64,000 nt of DNA from a bacterium (GTDB taxonomy: Bacteria > Patescibacteriota > JABMPQ01 > JBDRIV01): contig JBDRIV010000003.1 in assembly GCA_043815505.1 (NCBI GenBank), positions 62,239 through 126,238 on the forward strand, written 5' to 3'. The notes beneath the pieces are model-generated. The model saw only the letters and a program-made list of their open reading frames with translations, was not told the origin of the DNA and ran no database searches. The first letter of the stretch is position 1; each line of letters begins with the position of its first letter. Position numbers and translations under genes: made by a program. Of the stretch, positions 46,878 through 57,246 are shown piece by piece.

Positions 46878-47674
46878 TAGGAAGTCTATACAATACTATT
46901 TTGTTTGAGCCAATTCTAAATTTACTGATATATATTTATGATTTGATTCCTTATAAAGATGTTGGTATTTCTATTATAATTGTTACGATAATTATTCGTT
47001 TGTTGTTGTTACCTCTTTCTCGTCGATCATTCAAGTCGCAAAGAGCTTTACAAGAATTGCAACCACGAATAAATGAAATTAAAGAAAAGTTTAAAGATGA
47101 CAAGGAAGCGCAAAGTCGTGAACTTTTAAAGTTTTATCAAGAAAATAAAATCAATCCGCTGGGTTCTTGCTTGCCACTACTTCTACAACTTCCAATCATT
47201 TTTGCTCTGTATCGTGTTTTTGGCCAAAGCATTAAAAGTGATGTCACAGAATTCTTGTATCCTTTTGTTCCCAATCCGGGAACAATTAATCATATGTTTT
47301 TTGGTTTTGTGAATCTGTCGGAATCAAATTTGTGGTTTGCTCTGCTAGCTGGAGGTTTGCAATATATTCAGTCTCGTCAAATTGCTGCTCGGCAGAAAAA
47401 ACAAGGTGGAACAAAAACTAATGTGGCTAAAAATCAAGGCAAGCCAAATATGCCCGACATGTCCCAAATGATGGGCAAACAAATGCTATACTTCATGCCT
47501 ATCATGACTACCTTTATTGCTATGAGTCTGCCTTCTGGGTTAGCCCTTTACTGGGTAGTAACCACTTTATTTGCAATTATCCAACAAGCATATATAATGA
47601 AGGGTGCTTCTAAAAATGATGATTCGACCGGTTCACCAAAGGATAAAAAAGAAGTCGTCGTTGAAGCTAAATAA
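46874..47674 (+). CDS. yidC: Membrane protein insertase YidC/Oxa1 (short form)
   Basis: 266 aa. Conserved YidC core TM helices, in the rnpA-yidD-yidC context. Confidence 0.85.
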   Translation: MIGSLYNTILFEPILNLLIYIYDLIPYKDVGISIIIVTIIIRLLLLPLSRRSFKSQRALQELQPRINEIKEKFKDDKEAQSRELLKFYQENKINPLGSCLPLLLQLPIIFALYRVFGQSIKSDVTEFLYPFVPNPGTINHMFFGFVNLSESNLWFALLAGGLQYIQSRQIAARQKKQGGTKTNVAKNQGKPNMPDMSQMMGKQMLYFMPIMTTFIAMSLPSGLALYWVVTTLFAIIQQAYIMKGASKNDDSTGSPKDKKEVVVEAK

Positions 47675-47678
47675 TACT

Positions 47679-48188
47679 ATGGATAAGGTAAAAGAGCGCA
47701 CTTTTGTAGCCGCTCAACTAAATGAAAAAAATGTGCAGATTGTTAAATCAGTTGTTACTGAATTGCTTTCTGCCATGGGAATTACAGGAGAAATTTTTAC
47801 GCGCATCCAAACAGACGACGACGGCCGTGAAATGTTGGCTCTTAACATTAAATCAACTGAATCCAGATTTCTTATTGGTCACAACGGTTCCAATTTACAA
47901 GCCTTACAGCATTTGGCTCGTTTGCTTTTAAAAAACAAGTCCGAAGAAATTATCTATTTCATTTTAGATGTAAATGATTATCGTCAAGCTCGCGAACAAC
48001 ATTTACAAAGACTGGCTTACGAATTTGCTAAAAAAGTTAAAACCACTGGTGAAAAAGTTGTTCTAAAGCCATTACCGGCTGGTGAACGCAGAATTATTCA
48101 TATGACATTAGCAGAAGATGAAGAAATTATGACTGAAAGTGTTGGCCTTGATACTGAAAGACGTTTAGTTATAAAACCAAAAAAATAA
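47679..48188 (+). CDS. khpB: Jag/KhpB RNA-binding protein (KH + R3H domains)
   Basis: C-terminal R3H motif (ERRIIHMTL). Canonical position after yidC. The ATG at 47679 is preferred over the track's overlapping start at 47604. Confidence 0.7.
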   Translation: MDKVKERTFVAAQLNEKNVQIVKSVVTELLSAMGITGEIFTRIQTDDDGREMLALNIKSTESRFLIGHNGSNLQALQHLARLLLKNKSEEIIYFILDVNDYRQAREQHLQRLAYEFAKKVKTTGEKVVLKPLPAGERRIIHMTLAEDEEIMTESVGLDTERRLVIKPKK

Positions 48189-48716
48189 ATGCTACTAGTT
48201 AGCGAAGAAATATTAAAGAGGCCTATATTAGATGAATCCACTAAAGAAGAAATAGGTGGATGTGAACAGGTATTGCTCGATTTCGATACCGGCAAAGTAA
48301 AAGCACTGCTTATAAAGAAACGTGCTTTTTTTGAATATTATTTTGTAACGCCGATGCATATTTCGGCTTGTCATACTGGTGGCACCGAAGTTGATACCGC
48401 TGAAATTTGGTCCCTTACTTCTGATGAAAAATTAAAAAAACAGGTTGACTCTTACCAATTTCTAATTGGTGCTTTGGTAAAATCAGAATCGGGAGCACCA
48501 CTTGGTATGGTAGATGAATTTTCCGTGCACTTAACTTATTGGGATTTGCGCAAAATATTTGTCGGCCCCAAAATGGGTTTGAATATTATGGTTAAACAAT
48601 TTATTGTTGACCATAAACAAATTGTTTCTCTAAGCCCAGAAGAAGTTATTGTTAAAGACTCTTCCCTACCCGTTGAAGAAAAAGGCAAACTACCTGAAGC
48701 CGCACCAAGCGCTTAA
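48189..48716 (+). CDS. PRC-barrel-like domain protein (two tandem barrels)
   Basis: 175 aa. Pattern ILKRPILDESTKEEIGGCEQVLLDFDTGKVKALLIKK resembles PRC barrels. Confidence 0.35.
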   Translation: MLLVSEEILKRPILDESTKEEIGGCEQVLLDFDTGKVKALLIKKRAFFEYYFVTPMHISACHTGGTEVDTAEIWSLTSDEKLKKQVDSYQFLIGALVKSESGAPLGMVDEFSVHLTYWDLRKIFVGPKMGLNIMVKQFIVDHKQIVSLSPEEVIVKDSSLPVEEKGKLPEAAPSA

Positions 48717-48726
48717 ATTTAAGAAA

Positions 48727-48766
48727 CCCCGCCCCAGTTTTCTATAAACTGGAGCGGGGCATTTTT
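48727..48766 (+). terminator. Rho-independent terminator ending the rpmH-rnpA-yidD-yidC-khpB operon
   Basis: 13-bp stem CCCCGCCCCAGTT/AACTGGAGCGGGG (1 mismatch) followed by a T-run. Confidence 0.6.
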
Positions 48767-48830
48767 GTTTTATGCGGCTTTTGTGTTAATGATTAGATCG
48801 GACTGACCAAAAAGTCAGTCAGTCTAACCA

Positions 48831-50312
48831 CTAATACATCTTGGCCACATTTACTTCGCTGTAATAATATTTCAATATTTTTTTATATTTTTTACCTGCT
48901 TCAGCCATTTTCAAAGCTCCGCAAGCACTCATCCCCACACCATGTCCGAGCATTTCGTTTTGACCACAAACTGAATCATCTACTCCTTTAAGCCAAGGCT
49001 TTTTAGAACCACCCCAAACTTCTGTCCAAGAACGAGTGCGACCATCACTATGTGAAAAATATGGCGTCACAACCACATCACCTTTGTATTTAACCATTTC
49101 GCCAAGTGTAGTTTTGGCATTGGTGGAAATATTGGGTGTCATAAATTCATAAGTCACACCTTTATAAACCTGATCGTAATAATTATCAATGTTGTAATTT
49201 TTACTGGCATGCTTACTATCTTGTGATAGTAAAATATAGGCGTAAGTTCTTTCGACCACTGACAAAGCTTTTTGAAACTGGGCATGGGAATTATTAGAAG
49301 TTTCAGCCAGTCCTCTAATATAATGTTCGAGCGGAAGTTCGTTAATAACTTGCATTCTTTCGTTTTCGCCAAACAACATGCGCACTTCTAAATTGCCGTG
49401 GTAACGATTGTAATTAAATGATGGATTCCAATTAGGGCGATCTTCATAATTTACAATTTGCATTACTGCTCCATTTTTGGGAATGAAGCGCGGAAAATCT
49501 TTAGTAACTTTTTGCCAACCTTGAGGATTGTAAATTCCTTTTACACTTGTAGCCGGAGCACTCAAAGTATATTCGCCGTTTTTATAAGACACTGTGATTA
49601 TTTCGTCTTCATGATAAAGCGCTACCAAATTTCCATAATAATCTCTGATTTCAAATGCACCATCAGAAGAAACTTCCACCGGATTTATTTCCGCTAGAAT
49701 TCCCACACGCAAAATGGGACCACCATTTTTAGGAAGAGTGGGAACTTCATTTTTATAAACTTCTATATTAAAAGAAACGCCGCTACCTTCAATCCACTCA
49801 CGCCATTCGGAAACAAGTTGAAAACATTCTTTGTATTTGCCCGGCTTATAAGGAGCTTTTAAAGTAATGTAAAATCGCGTGACATTACCAGGAGATATTT
49901 CCCGATCATACATGCGATTTGGTCTTTTGTCATAACGTTCGTTGTCTTTGTCCCAGTCGGCTGCTTGAAAGGGACTGATGCGATCACGCGGCTCAGCGGT
50001 GTTCATGGCAATAAATTCTCTATCACCAAAATTGTACCAAGTCTTTTTTCCCACATTTTTATAATCTACCCAAACTCTAACTTCTTCTCCTTCTTTTATA
50101 CGCAAATCGGTGTGGCTAACACCAACAATTTCAGTTTTATAATCTGGCTTACCAATTTTTTTCATAGCACTAATTAAACTTGAGGAATAGTTAGCATTAT
50201 ATTTTTCTTCCACTACTTCGGATAGATAATAAGCCAGAGGCAAAAAAAACAGCAAGGCGAGAGCCAAGATTATTAGAGTTTTGGCATATTTTCTGCTTGT
50301 TTGTAGAGACAT
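48831..50312 (-). CDS. SpoIID/LytB-domain protein (membrane-anchored)
   Basis: 493 aa. N-terminal TM helix. C-terminal GHGVGMSACGALKMAEAGKKYKKILKYYY matches the SpoIID/LytB signature. Confidence 0.6.
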   Translation of the reverse strand: MSLQTSRKYAKTLIILALALLFFLPLAYYLSEVVEEKYNANYSSSLISAMKKIGKPDYKTEIVGVSHTDLRIKEGEEVRVWVDYKNVGKKTWYNFGDREFIAMNTAEPRDRISPFQAADWDKDNERYDKRPNRMYDREISPGNVTRFYITLKAPYKPGKYKECFQLVSEWREWIEGSGVSFNIEVYKNEVPTLPKNGGPILRVGILAEINPVEVSSDGAFEIRDYYGNLVALYHEDEIITVSYKNGEYTLSAPATSVKGIYNPQGWQKVTKDFPRFIPKNGAVMQIVNYEDRPNWNPSFNYNRYHGNLEVRMLFGENERMQVINELPLEHYIRGLAETSNNSHAQFQKALSVVERTYAYILLSQDSKHASKNYNIDNYYDQVYKGVTYEFMTPNISTNAKTTLGEMVKYKGDVVVTPYFSHSDGRTRSWTEVWGGSKKPWLKGVDDSVCGQNEMLGHGVGMSACGALKMAEAGKKYKKILKYYYSEVNVAKMY

Positions 50313-50607
50313 TTGTTTTTGTTTTATATGTTTTTTTATGGGGATGAAAAAAGCGCTATTTCAGGCGCTTTTGCAGAGGATTATTACACTTGTTATTATA
50401 GCATATCTTTACATTATAGTCAATATGTTTTATGATATAAGTTATCCTTGTAGAAAAACCCTTGATTATTCCCTATTTTAAGGGATAAACTAAAGATTGA
50501 ATAAATGGATTTAAAATGGTACTCTAAGTTTATAAAAATAAGCCCGGTAGTACAATCCGGGTGTAAATACATACAAACAAAAATTGATCAGTAATTGTAC
50601 TATCAGG

Positions 50608-52041
50608 ATGTCACTTACTCGCCAAGTTGCCCACAATTCAATAATTCAGTTTGTCGGTAAAATTATCGGCACTCTACTGGCGCTCATCACCATTAGTATG
50701 ATGTTACGCTATTTGCGACAAGAAGGTTTTGGTGTTTACACCACCGCTATAAATTTCTTGGCGATTTTTGGCGTATTGGCTGACATGGGACTATACCTAG
50801 TAATGACTAGAGAAATTTCTAAAGAAGGAGCCGATGTTTCAAAAATTGCCAGCAATGCTTTCACTTTAAGATTAACCATTGCTGTTATTGCTTTAGTACT
50901 CGCTCCCCTCGTTGCTCTCATCTTCCCCTATTCCTTAACGACCAAGTTAGCAATTCTAATAGGAACTTTCTCTTATCTAGCAATTTCTTTGAATCAAATT
51001 TTAGTGGGAATTTTTCAGAAGCATTTCCGCATGGACAAAGTTACGATCGGAGAAATTGTCGGTCGTCTTATTTGGCTAGCTGGTGTATATCTCGCCATTA
51101 AAATGGGTTGGAGCATTTTAGCAATTATGGCGGTAGTTTCTATTTCGAGTGTTATCAATTTTTTAATAACTTTCTTTTTTGCCCGTCGTTATGTAAAAAT
51201 ACGCCTGACCTTTGATAAAAAATGGTGGTGGCGCTTAATAAAAATCACTGCGCCTTTGGCAGCTGCTGTAATTCTGAATTTAATTTATTTTCGTGCCGGC
51301 GTAATTATTTTGTCAGTTTTAAAGGGTGATGGCGCCGAAGTTGGCATCCTTGGTGCCGCCCAAAAAATATTAGAAAATCTGATAACCTTTGCGGCCATTT
51401 TCTCTGGTTTACTTTTTCCAGTTTTTTCCAAATATATAAAAACTGACATAGAAAAATTTGCTCGCATTTTTAGAAAAGGTTTTGATGCCTTAGCAATTAT
51501 TGTTATTCCGCTTATTGTGGGCACACAATTTGTCGCCACCCCTTTAATGGTATTTTTTGGTGAAGAAGAATTTGCTGATTCGGCCGGTGTTTTAAAGGCT
51601 TTAATTTTTGCCGTCGGTGCTATCTTTTTTGGTAATCTTTGTGGCAATGCTGTGGTAGCAGCCAACAAACAAAAAAAGATGGTACCCTTTTATGCTATTG
51701 CCGCCGTACTCGCCGTCGGTATTAGTTTTGGCTTGATCCCATATTTTTCATATTACGGAGCAGTGGTTTCAACTTTAATAACAGAATTTTTAATTGCCAT
51801 TTCTTCTATTATAATAATTTATAAAGCCACCAAGGTGCGACCGCATTTTAAGGTTTTTGGTAAAGCCTTACTGGCTTCTCTTATAATGGGTGCCTTCCTT
51901 TATTTCACTCCTAATTTGAACTTTCTTATTGCCATTGTCGTTGCTGGTTTAATATATTTTGTGGTTTTATACCTTATTAAGGGTGTTTCCAAAGATATTG
52001 TTGTAGAAATTATTCGTCTGCGTAATCCAAAAAACCAATGA
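50608..52041 (+). CDS. Polysaccharide/lipid-linked oligosaccharide flippase (Wzx/MurJ-like MOP superfamily)
   Basis: About 478 aa, about 14 TM helices. Heads a glycosyltransferase cluster. The ATG at 50608 is preferred over the TTG at 50584. Confidence 0.6.
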   Translation: MSLTRQVAHNSIIQFVGKIIGTLLALITISMMLRYLRQEGFGVYTTAINFLAIFGVLADMGLYLVMTREISKEGADVSKIASNAFTLRLTIAVIALVLAPLVALIFPYSLTTKLAILIGTFSYLAISLNQILVGIFQKHFRMDKVTIGEIVGRLIWLAGVYLAIKMGWSILAIMAVVSISSVINFLITFFFARRYVKIRLTFDKKWWWRLIKITAPLAAAVILNLIYFRAGVIILSVLKGDGAEVGILGAAQKILENLITFAAIFSGLLFPVFSKYIKTDIEKFARIFRKGFDALAIIVIPLIVGTQFVATPLMVFFGEEEFADSAGVLKALIFAVGAIFFGNLCGNAVVAANKQKKMVPFYAIAAVLAVGISFGLIPYFSYYGAVVSTLITEFLIAISSIIIIYKATKVRPHFKVFGKALLASLIMGAFLYFTPNLNFLIAIVVAGLIYFVVLYLIKGVSKDIVVEIIRLRNPKNQ

Positions 52042-52161
52042 TTAGCAAAGGTTATAAAAAACATTTACGAAAAGCCAAAGCACGTTTACGACGTGAAATT
52101 TTAGATGAAAAAGAATTACAAGAAAAACTTAAAAACTTGTATCAAGGATTAGAAAAAGATA

Positions 52162-53292
52162 ATGAATAAAGTTTTATTTCTAAAATTTCCCATCCACTCT
52201 TCTTTTGGTGGCGGTGAGATTCACACTTTACAACTGGCTAAAGCTTTGCCGGCAAAAAACGTGAAGATTTATTTAGCCTCTTCCTGCCTTGTGTTACTTA
52301 AAGAATTTGCCAAAAGAAAATATCCGCACCAGAAAGTGTGGGGTGGTTTTGAGCCGGTAACTCCCATTAATTTAATTTTATTTACTATCACCTATCCTTT
52401 TGTTTTATTTAAAACTTATCTTTACTTAAAAAAGTATAAGCAAAAACTTGGCATTAAAACAATTTATTGCCAAGTGCTAACAGAAAAATTGCTAGCAACT
52501 TGGGTAGCTAAAAAACTGGGATTAAAAGTTGTTTGGATTGAACACTTGCGTATTGAACGTTGGTTATTAAAAAATCCTTATTTATTTTTATACAAAAAAC
52601 TTTCTCGTTCTGCAAAAGTGGTAGCCGTTTCCGAAGCGATTGGCAATCAACTAGAAAAATTGGGATTAAATAGAAAAAATATTGAGGTAATCTATAATGG
52701 TATCAGCTTAAACAAATTTTCAGACGATATAAAAAAACAAGATAATTTGGATAAAGTTGTTATTGGCACCGCTTGCCGCTTAGCTTATGAAAAAGGCATT
52801 GATGTTTTACTCAACAGCTTTGCCAAACTTTATAAAGACAATAAAAATGTGCTCTTAAAAATTGCTGGTGATGGTCCGGAAAAAGAAAATTTAATAAAAC
52901 TTGCTAACCGTTTACAAATATTAGAGCAAGTAGAATTTGTTGGACAAGTTGATCGCCGAGATATTTCTCATTTTTTTGCCAATTTAGATATTGTGGCCTT
53001 GCTTTCTCGCCGTCGTGAATCTTTTGGATTAACTGCCGCTGAAGCACAATCACTTGGTAAACCGGTCGTGGCCACCGCCATTTCTGGACTTAAAGAAGTA
53101 GTAAAAAATAATGAAACCGGAATTGTAGTTCCGATTGATAATGTGGATGAGGCCTATAAAGCTCTGCAAAGATTAACTGACGATGCTGAATTACGGGATC
53201 GTTTTGGACAAATGGGACGTAAAAGAGTAGCCGAAAGATTCTCACTCGAAAAAATGATTAATAAATTTTACCTCTTATTTACAAACAAATGA
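52162..53292 (+). CDS. Glycosyltransferase family 4 (GT-B)
   Basis: 376 aa. C-terminal EX7E-like motif (RRESFGLTAAEAQSLGKPVVAT). Confidence 0.8.
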   Translation: MNKVLFLKFPIHSSFGGGEIHTLQLAKALPAKNVKIYLASSCLVLLKEFAKRKYPHQKVWGGFEPVTPINLILFTITYPFVLFKTYLYLKKYKQKLGIKTIYCQVLTEKLLATWVAKKLGLKVVWIEHLRIERWLLKNPYLFLYKKLSRSAKVVAVSEAIGNQLEKLGLNRKNIEVIYNGISLNKFSDDIKKQDNLDKVVIGTACRLAYEKGIDVLLNSFAKLYKDNKNVLLKIAGDGPEKENLIKLANRLQILEQVEFVGQVDRRDISHFFANLDIVALLSRRRESFGLTAAEAQSLGKPVVATAISGLKEVVKNNETGIVVPIDNVDEAYKALQRLTDDAELRDRFGQMGRKRVAERFSLEKMINKFYLLFTNK

Positions 53293-54374
53293 AAATAGGA
53301 ATTGATGCTCGTGAAGCAGCGGGCCTTGAAAAAGCTGGTAAGGGTACTTATGTTCAGGAATTGTTAAAAGAAATTGAAAATTCTGATTCTCCACATCAGT
53401 TTATTTTGTATACCAAAGACCAGTTATCTGTTATTGACTCCAAAAATATAAAAGTTAAACAAATCAAAGCACCTAGTATTTTTTGGCATCTGGTTTGTTT
53501 GTGGCATCTTTTATTTATTGATAAAGTTGATAAATTTTTAGCCACTACCAGTTATATTATTCCGGCTCTTGTTCCTAAAAAGTGTGTGGTTATAATTCCT
53601 GACTTAGTAGTTTTTCTAAAAATTTCCCAGCATCAAACCAAAGCGTCCTTAATTGAAAAATTAACTTTAATTAGAGCAGCCAAAAAATGTTTAAAGATTA
53701 TTGCAATTTCTGAGAGCACTAAAAAAGATATTATAAAAACTTTTTCTGTTGCCCAAGATAAAATAATTGTAATTCTCTTAGCTGCTAGTGATATTTTTCA
53801 GCCAACAAGTAATATGGAAATTTTGCAAAAATATTCACTCCCTTTTAAATACTTTCTCTTTGTTTCCACGCTAGAACCACGAAAAAATATAGTGCGCTTA
53901 ATCAAGGCTTACAAAATTGCTAAATCAGAAAATGATTTTCCTCAACTGGTTTTAGTTGGCAAAAAAGGTTGGTATTATAAGGAAATATTTGTAACTATTG
54001 AAAATTTGGGTTTAGAAAAAGACATCATCTTTCCCAATTATATTGAAGCTTGCGATTTACCAGCCATTTATTCTCACGCTACTGCCTATTTATTTCCGTC
54101 ACTTTATGAAGGTTTTGGCATGACGGTGCTTGAAGCCATGAAATGTGGCACACCAGTTTTAACGAGCAATATTTCTTCCTTACCAGAAGTGGTAGGAGAA
54201 GCAGCTTTGCTTGTTGATCCCAAAAATGTTACCGATATTGCTAAAAGTATAAAAGAGTTGTATCTTAATGAGAACCTAAAAAATAAATTGGTAGAAAAAG
54301 GTTATAAACAAGCACAAAAGTTCTCTTGGCAAAAAACAGCTGAGGAAACTTTAAAGGTATTAACACATGAATAG
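53289..54374 (+). CDS. Glycosyltransferase family 4 (GT-B)
   Basis: 361 aa. EGFGMTVLEAMKCGTPVLTS motif. Confidence 0.8.
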   Translation: MKIGIDAREAAGLEKAGKGTYVQELLKEIENSDSPHQFILYTKDQLSVIDSKNIKVKQIKAPSIFWHLVCLWHLLFIDKVDKFLATTSYIIPALVPKKCVVIIPDLVVFLKISQHQTKASLIEKLTLIRAAKKCLKIIAISESTKKDIIKTFSVAQDKIIVILLAASDIFQPTSNMEILQKYSLPFKYFLFVSTLEPRKNIVRLIKAYKIAKSENDFPQLVLVGKKGWYYKEIFVTIENLGLEKDIIFPNYIEACDLPAIYSHATAYLFPSLYEGFGMTVLEAMKCGTPVLTSNISSLPEVVGEAALLVDPKNVTDIAKSIKELYLNENLKNKLVEKGYKQAQKFSWQKTAEETLKVLTHE

Positions 54375-55800
54375 TTTAATCAAAAATTGGCATTACATAT
54401 TAGGAATATTGCTTGGCATCGGTATGGGTTTTATTACCGTTTTTTTAGGCTGGTGGTCTCCTGCCCTATCAGTTGCTTTAGTTATTACAGTTTTTATATT
54501 TTTCTTAAGCGTCAAAAAACCTTTTACCGGTTTAATTTTGATAACATTTTTGCTTCCCTTCGAAAGAATTGGTTCTTTTGATGTGGCCGGCTCCACCATT
54601 CGCGGTTCACAAATTATCGCTTTAGCAGTACTGGCTAGTTTTGTTTTTTATTTTTTACTGGAAAAAAGGAAACGCTTGGCTGCAAATCCCCTAGCTTCTT
54701 GGATGTTGTTATTTTTAGGAATCAGCTTGCTCTCACTTATTACGGCTGTAAACTTTCAGCGTGGTTTAATGGTGTGGTTTTTTATTGCTTTTGTTTTTGC
54801 AATTAGTTGGCTAATTCCTAATCTTATTAATAATAAAAAACAACTAAAAATAATTATTGGCGCTCTGCTTCTAACTACGGTTATAGTTTCTATTTTTGGT
54901 TTGTATCAGTTTCTTGGTGATGTAGCTGGACTACCATCATCTATAACTGGACTGCGTGAACATTATACCAGTGAAGTTTTTGGTTTTCCGCGCATTCATT
55001 CCACCGGTTTAGAGCCACTTTATTTTGCTAATTTTTTACTTATTCCTATTGGCATAATTTTATCTTTATGGTTAGCGCGTCTCAAAGCAAAAACTTGGTG
55101 GTTAAAATCTTTTATATTATTATTACTACTTGGACTCGCAGGCTTAAATTTAATATTAACTTTATCGCGTGGTGGATATTTAGGATTATTTATTACCGTT
55201 TTTGTGATTGCCATTATTTTATGGCAAAAACTTTTACATCCCCAGGTTATTGTATTAAGTGTAGGTCTAATTTTAGTAGCCCTCCTGGCAGCTACATATT
55301 TTATTCAACTTGGTGAACAAGACGCCCTGTCAACTTTCACGGAACAGGCCACAACTTTTACCACCGGTTCTGGTGTAGTGGAAAGATTTGATACTTACGA
55401 ACAAGCCTGGGATCTTTTTCAAACCAAGCCCTGGCTGGGAGTTGGGATTGGTAATTTTGGCCCCGAAGTGGCCACTTATCCTGATGAAATTCCCAACACT
55501 GGTTGGTTAATCGTAAATAATCAGTATTTGGAAACCTTGGCAGAAACTGGAATTTTTGGCTTATTTACCTTCTTAATGATTCCTCTCATCCTCTTGATTC
55601 GTTCGGCAAAAGCCATCTTAAAAGCGCAAGACAAATTCATTAAGTTGGTTTTAATTGGACTAACAGCTGCTGCTCTCGGAACATTTTTTCAGTATTTAAC
55701 TTTTTCCACCATTTATATTTTACACATTTGGTTTTTAATTGGCCTACTCATTGCTTGCCAAAATTTAGTATTAATCAAGCCTCATGAAGAAAATAATTAA
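54367..55800 (+). CDS. O-antigen ligase/polymerase-family membrane protein (Wzy_C)
   Basis: 477 aa, about 12 TM helices, with a periplasmic loop carrying LTLSRGGYLG. Confidence 0.6.
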   Translation: MNSLIKNWHYILGILLGIGMGFITVFLGWWSPALSVALVITVFIFFLSVKKPFTGLILITFLLPFERIGSFDVAGSTIRGSQIIALAVLASFVFYFLLEKRKRLAANPLASWMLLFLGISLLSLITAVNFQRGLMVWFFIAFVFAISWLIPNLINNKKQLKIIIGALLLTTVIVSIFGLYQFLGDVAGLPSSITGLREHYTSEVFGFPRIHSTGLEPLYFANFLLIPIGIILSLWLARLKAKTWWLKSFILLLLLGLAGLNLILTLSRGGYLGLFITVFVIAIILWQKLLHPQVIVLSVGLILVALLAATYFIQLGEQDALSTFTEQATTFTTGSGVVERFDTYEQAWDLFQTKPWLGVGIGNFGPEVATYPDEIPNTGWLIVNNQYLETLAETGIFGLFTFLMIPLILLIRSAKAILKAQDKFIKLVLIGLTAAALGTFFQYLTFSTIYILHIWFLIGLLIACQNLVLIKPHEENN

Positions 55801-56716
55801 TTTTATAATAGCTGTTTTAGTAATTTTTCTTCTTATTATTGCTATCGTTTATATAATAAATAATCAGAATTTAGAAGAGAATAATCTTACGGAAGAAAAT
55901 ACTAAAATAAATATTGTTACTAGCTTTTTACCTTTAACTATTTTTACCGAAAATGTTGTCGGGGAAACTGCTAATGTGTCTGGACTCTTACCACCCGGAA
56001 CTGGTCCTCACGAATATAGTCTTTCCCCATCTGATATTCAAAAATTAGCAGACGCTGATGTTTTTATTGTCAACGGTGTTGGATTAGAAGATTGGTTAGA
56101 TGATGCTATAACCAGTGCCAATAATCCGGATTTAGAAATTATTGTTGCTTCGGAAGGAATAGAATTAATTTCTGAAGAAACTTCTAGTGATGAAAACAAC
56201 TATGTTAGCAATCCTCATGTTTGGGTTTCTCCCATTCAAGCAATCAAACAAGTGCAAAATATTATTGATGGGCTAGCAACAACCGATGAAAAAAACAAAG
56301 ATATTTATAATCAAAATGGTGAAAATTATATAAAGCAGCTTCAAACCTTAAGCACAGAAATTTCTTCTAAAACTTCAGAAGCTGCTTCCAATAAAATTGT
56401 AACTTTTCATTCTGCTTTCGCTTACTTTGCACACGACTATAATTTGAACCAAGTGGCAGTGATTGAAGAATTTCCCGGCAAAGAACCAAGCGCTAAATAT
56501 ATTGCCGATGTAGAAAAGCAAATTTCTGAACTTGGAATAAAGGCGATATTTTCCGAACCACAATTTTCTGCTCGTTTAGTAGAAGCTATTGCTACCGATT
56601 TAAATTTGGAAGTTTCCACACTTGATCCGGTAGCAACTGGTGAGGTAACTCCTGATTATTACGAAAAAGTTATGCGAGCAAATTTGGATAATTTAATAAC
56701 TGCTTTAAACAAATAA
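55784..56716 (+). CDS. Metal (Zn/Mn) ABC transporter substrate-binding protein, ZnuA/TroA family
   Basis: 310 aa. Signal/TM anchor, His-containing metal-binding motifs (NPHVWVSP, TFHSAFAYF), and an acidic loop. Confidence 0.7.
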   Translation: MKKIINFIIAVLVIFLLIIAIVYIINNQNLEENNLTEENTKINIVTSFLPLTIFTENVVGETANVSGLLPPGTGPHEYSLSPSDIQKLADADVFIVNGVGLEDWLDDAITSANNPDLEIIVASEGIELISEETSSDENNYVSNPHVWVSPIQAIKQVQNIIDGLATTDEKNKDIYNQNGENYIKQLQTLSTEISSKTSEAASNKIVTFHSAFAYFAHDYNLNQVAVIEEFPGKEPSAKYIADVEKQISELGIKAIFSEPQFSARLVEAIATDLNLEVSTLDPVATGEVTPDYYEKVMRANLDNLITALNK

Positions 56717-56770
56717 CATTGCTAAGTTTAGCTATATCTTGTAAAATAGTTATTAGTTAGTTTAAAATTT

Positions 56771-57190
56771 ATGACTAACAATCCACACATTCTCGTTATT
56801 GAGGATGACCAAGATTTAAATGAAATCTACCAAAGAGCTCTAAAAAATGTCGGGTTTGAAGTAACAGCGACCAAAAACGGGCAACAGGGGCTACTTTTAG
56901 CGCAAAGTGAAAATGTGGATTTGATTATGTTAGATGTCATCTTGCCAGAGATGGACGGATTCGAAATCTTGAACGTTTTAAAAAGTGATCCCGGCACCAC
57001 CAAAATCCCAGTAATTATGATAACCAACCTTGGTAACGACCACGACATAAACACCGGCAAGAAAAATGGTGCACATGACTATTTAGTAAAAGCTGATTAC
57101 ACTCCTCAGCAAATCGTTGAACGAGTAAAAAAGATTTTAACAGAACATGGAACTGTAAAGAAAGATGAAACAGAAACTGTTGCTAATTAG
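56771..57190 (+). CDS. Stand-alone response-regulator receiver domain protein (CheY-like)
   Basis: 139 aa. ILVIEDD...DLIMLDVILPEMDG...KIPVIMIT receiver signature and no output domain. Confidence 0.8.
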   Translation: MTNNPHILVIEDDQDLNEIYQRALKNVGFEVTATKNGQQGLLLAQSENVDLIMLDVILPEMDGFEILNVLKSDPGTTKIPVIMITNLGNDHDINTGKKNGAHDYLVKADYTPQQIVERVKKILTEHGTVKKDETETVAN

Positions 57191-57246
57191 AAATTGAGAT
57201 AACAACGGCCGCTCCTTGGCCGTTTTTTATTACCTGTAAATAATTT

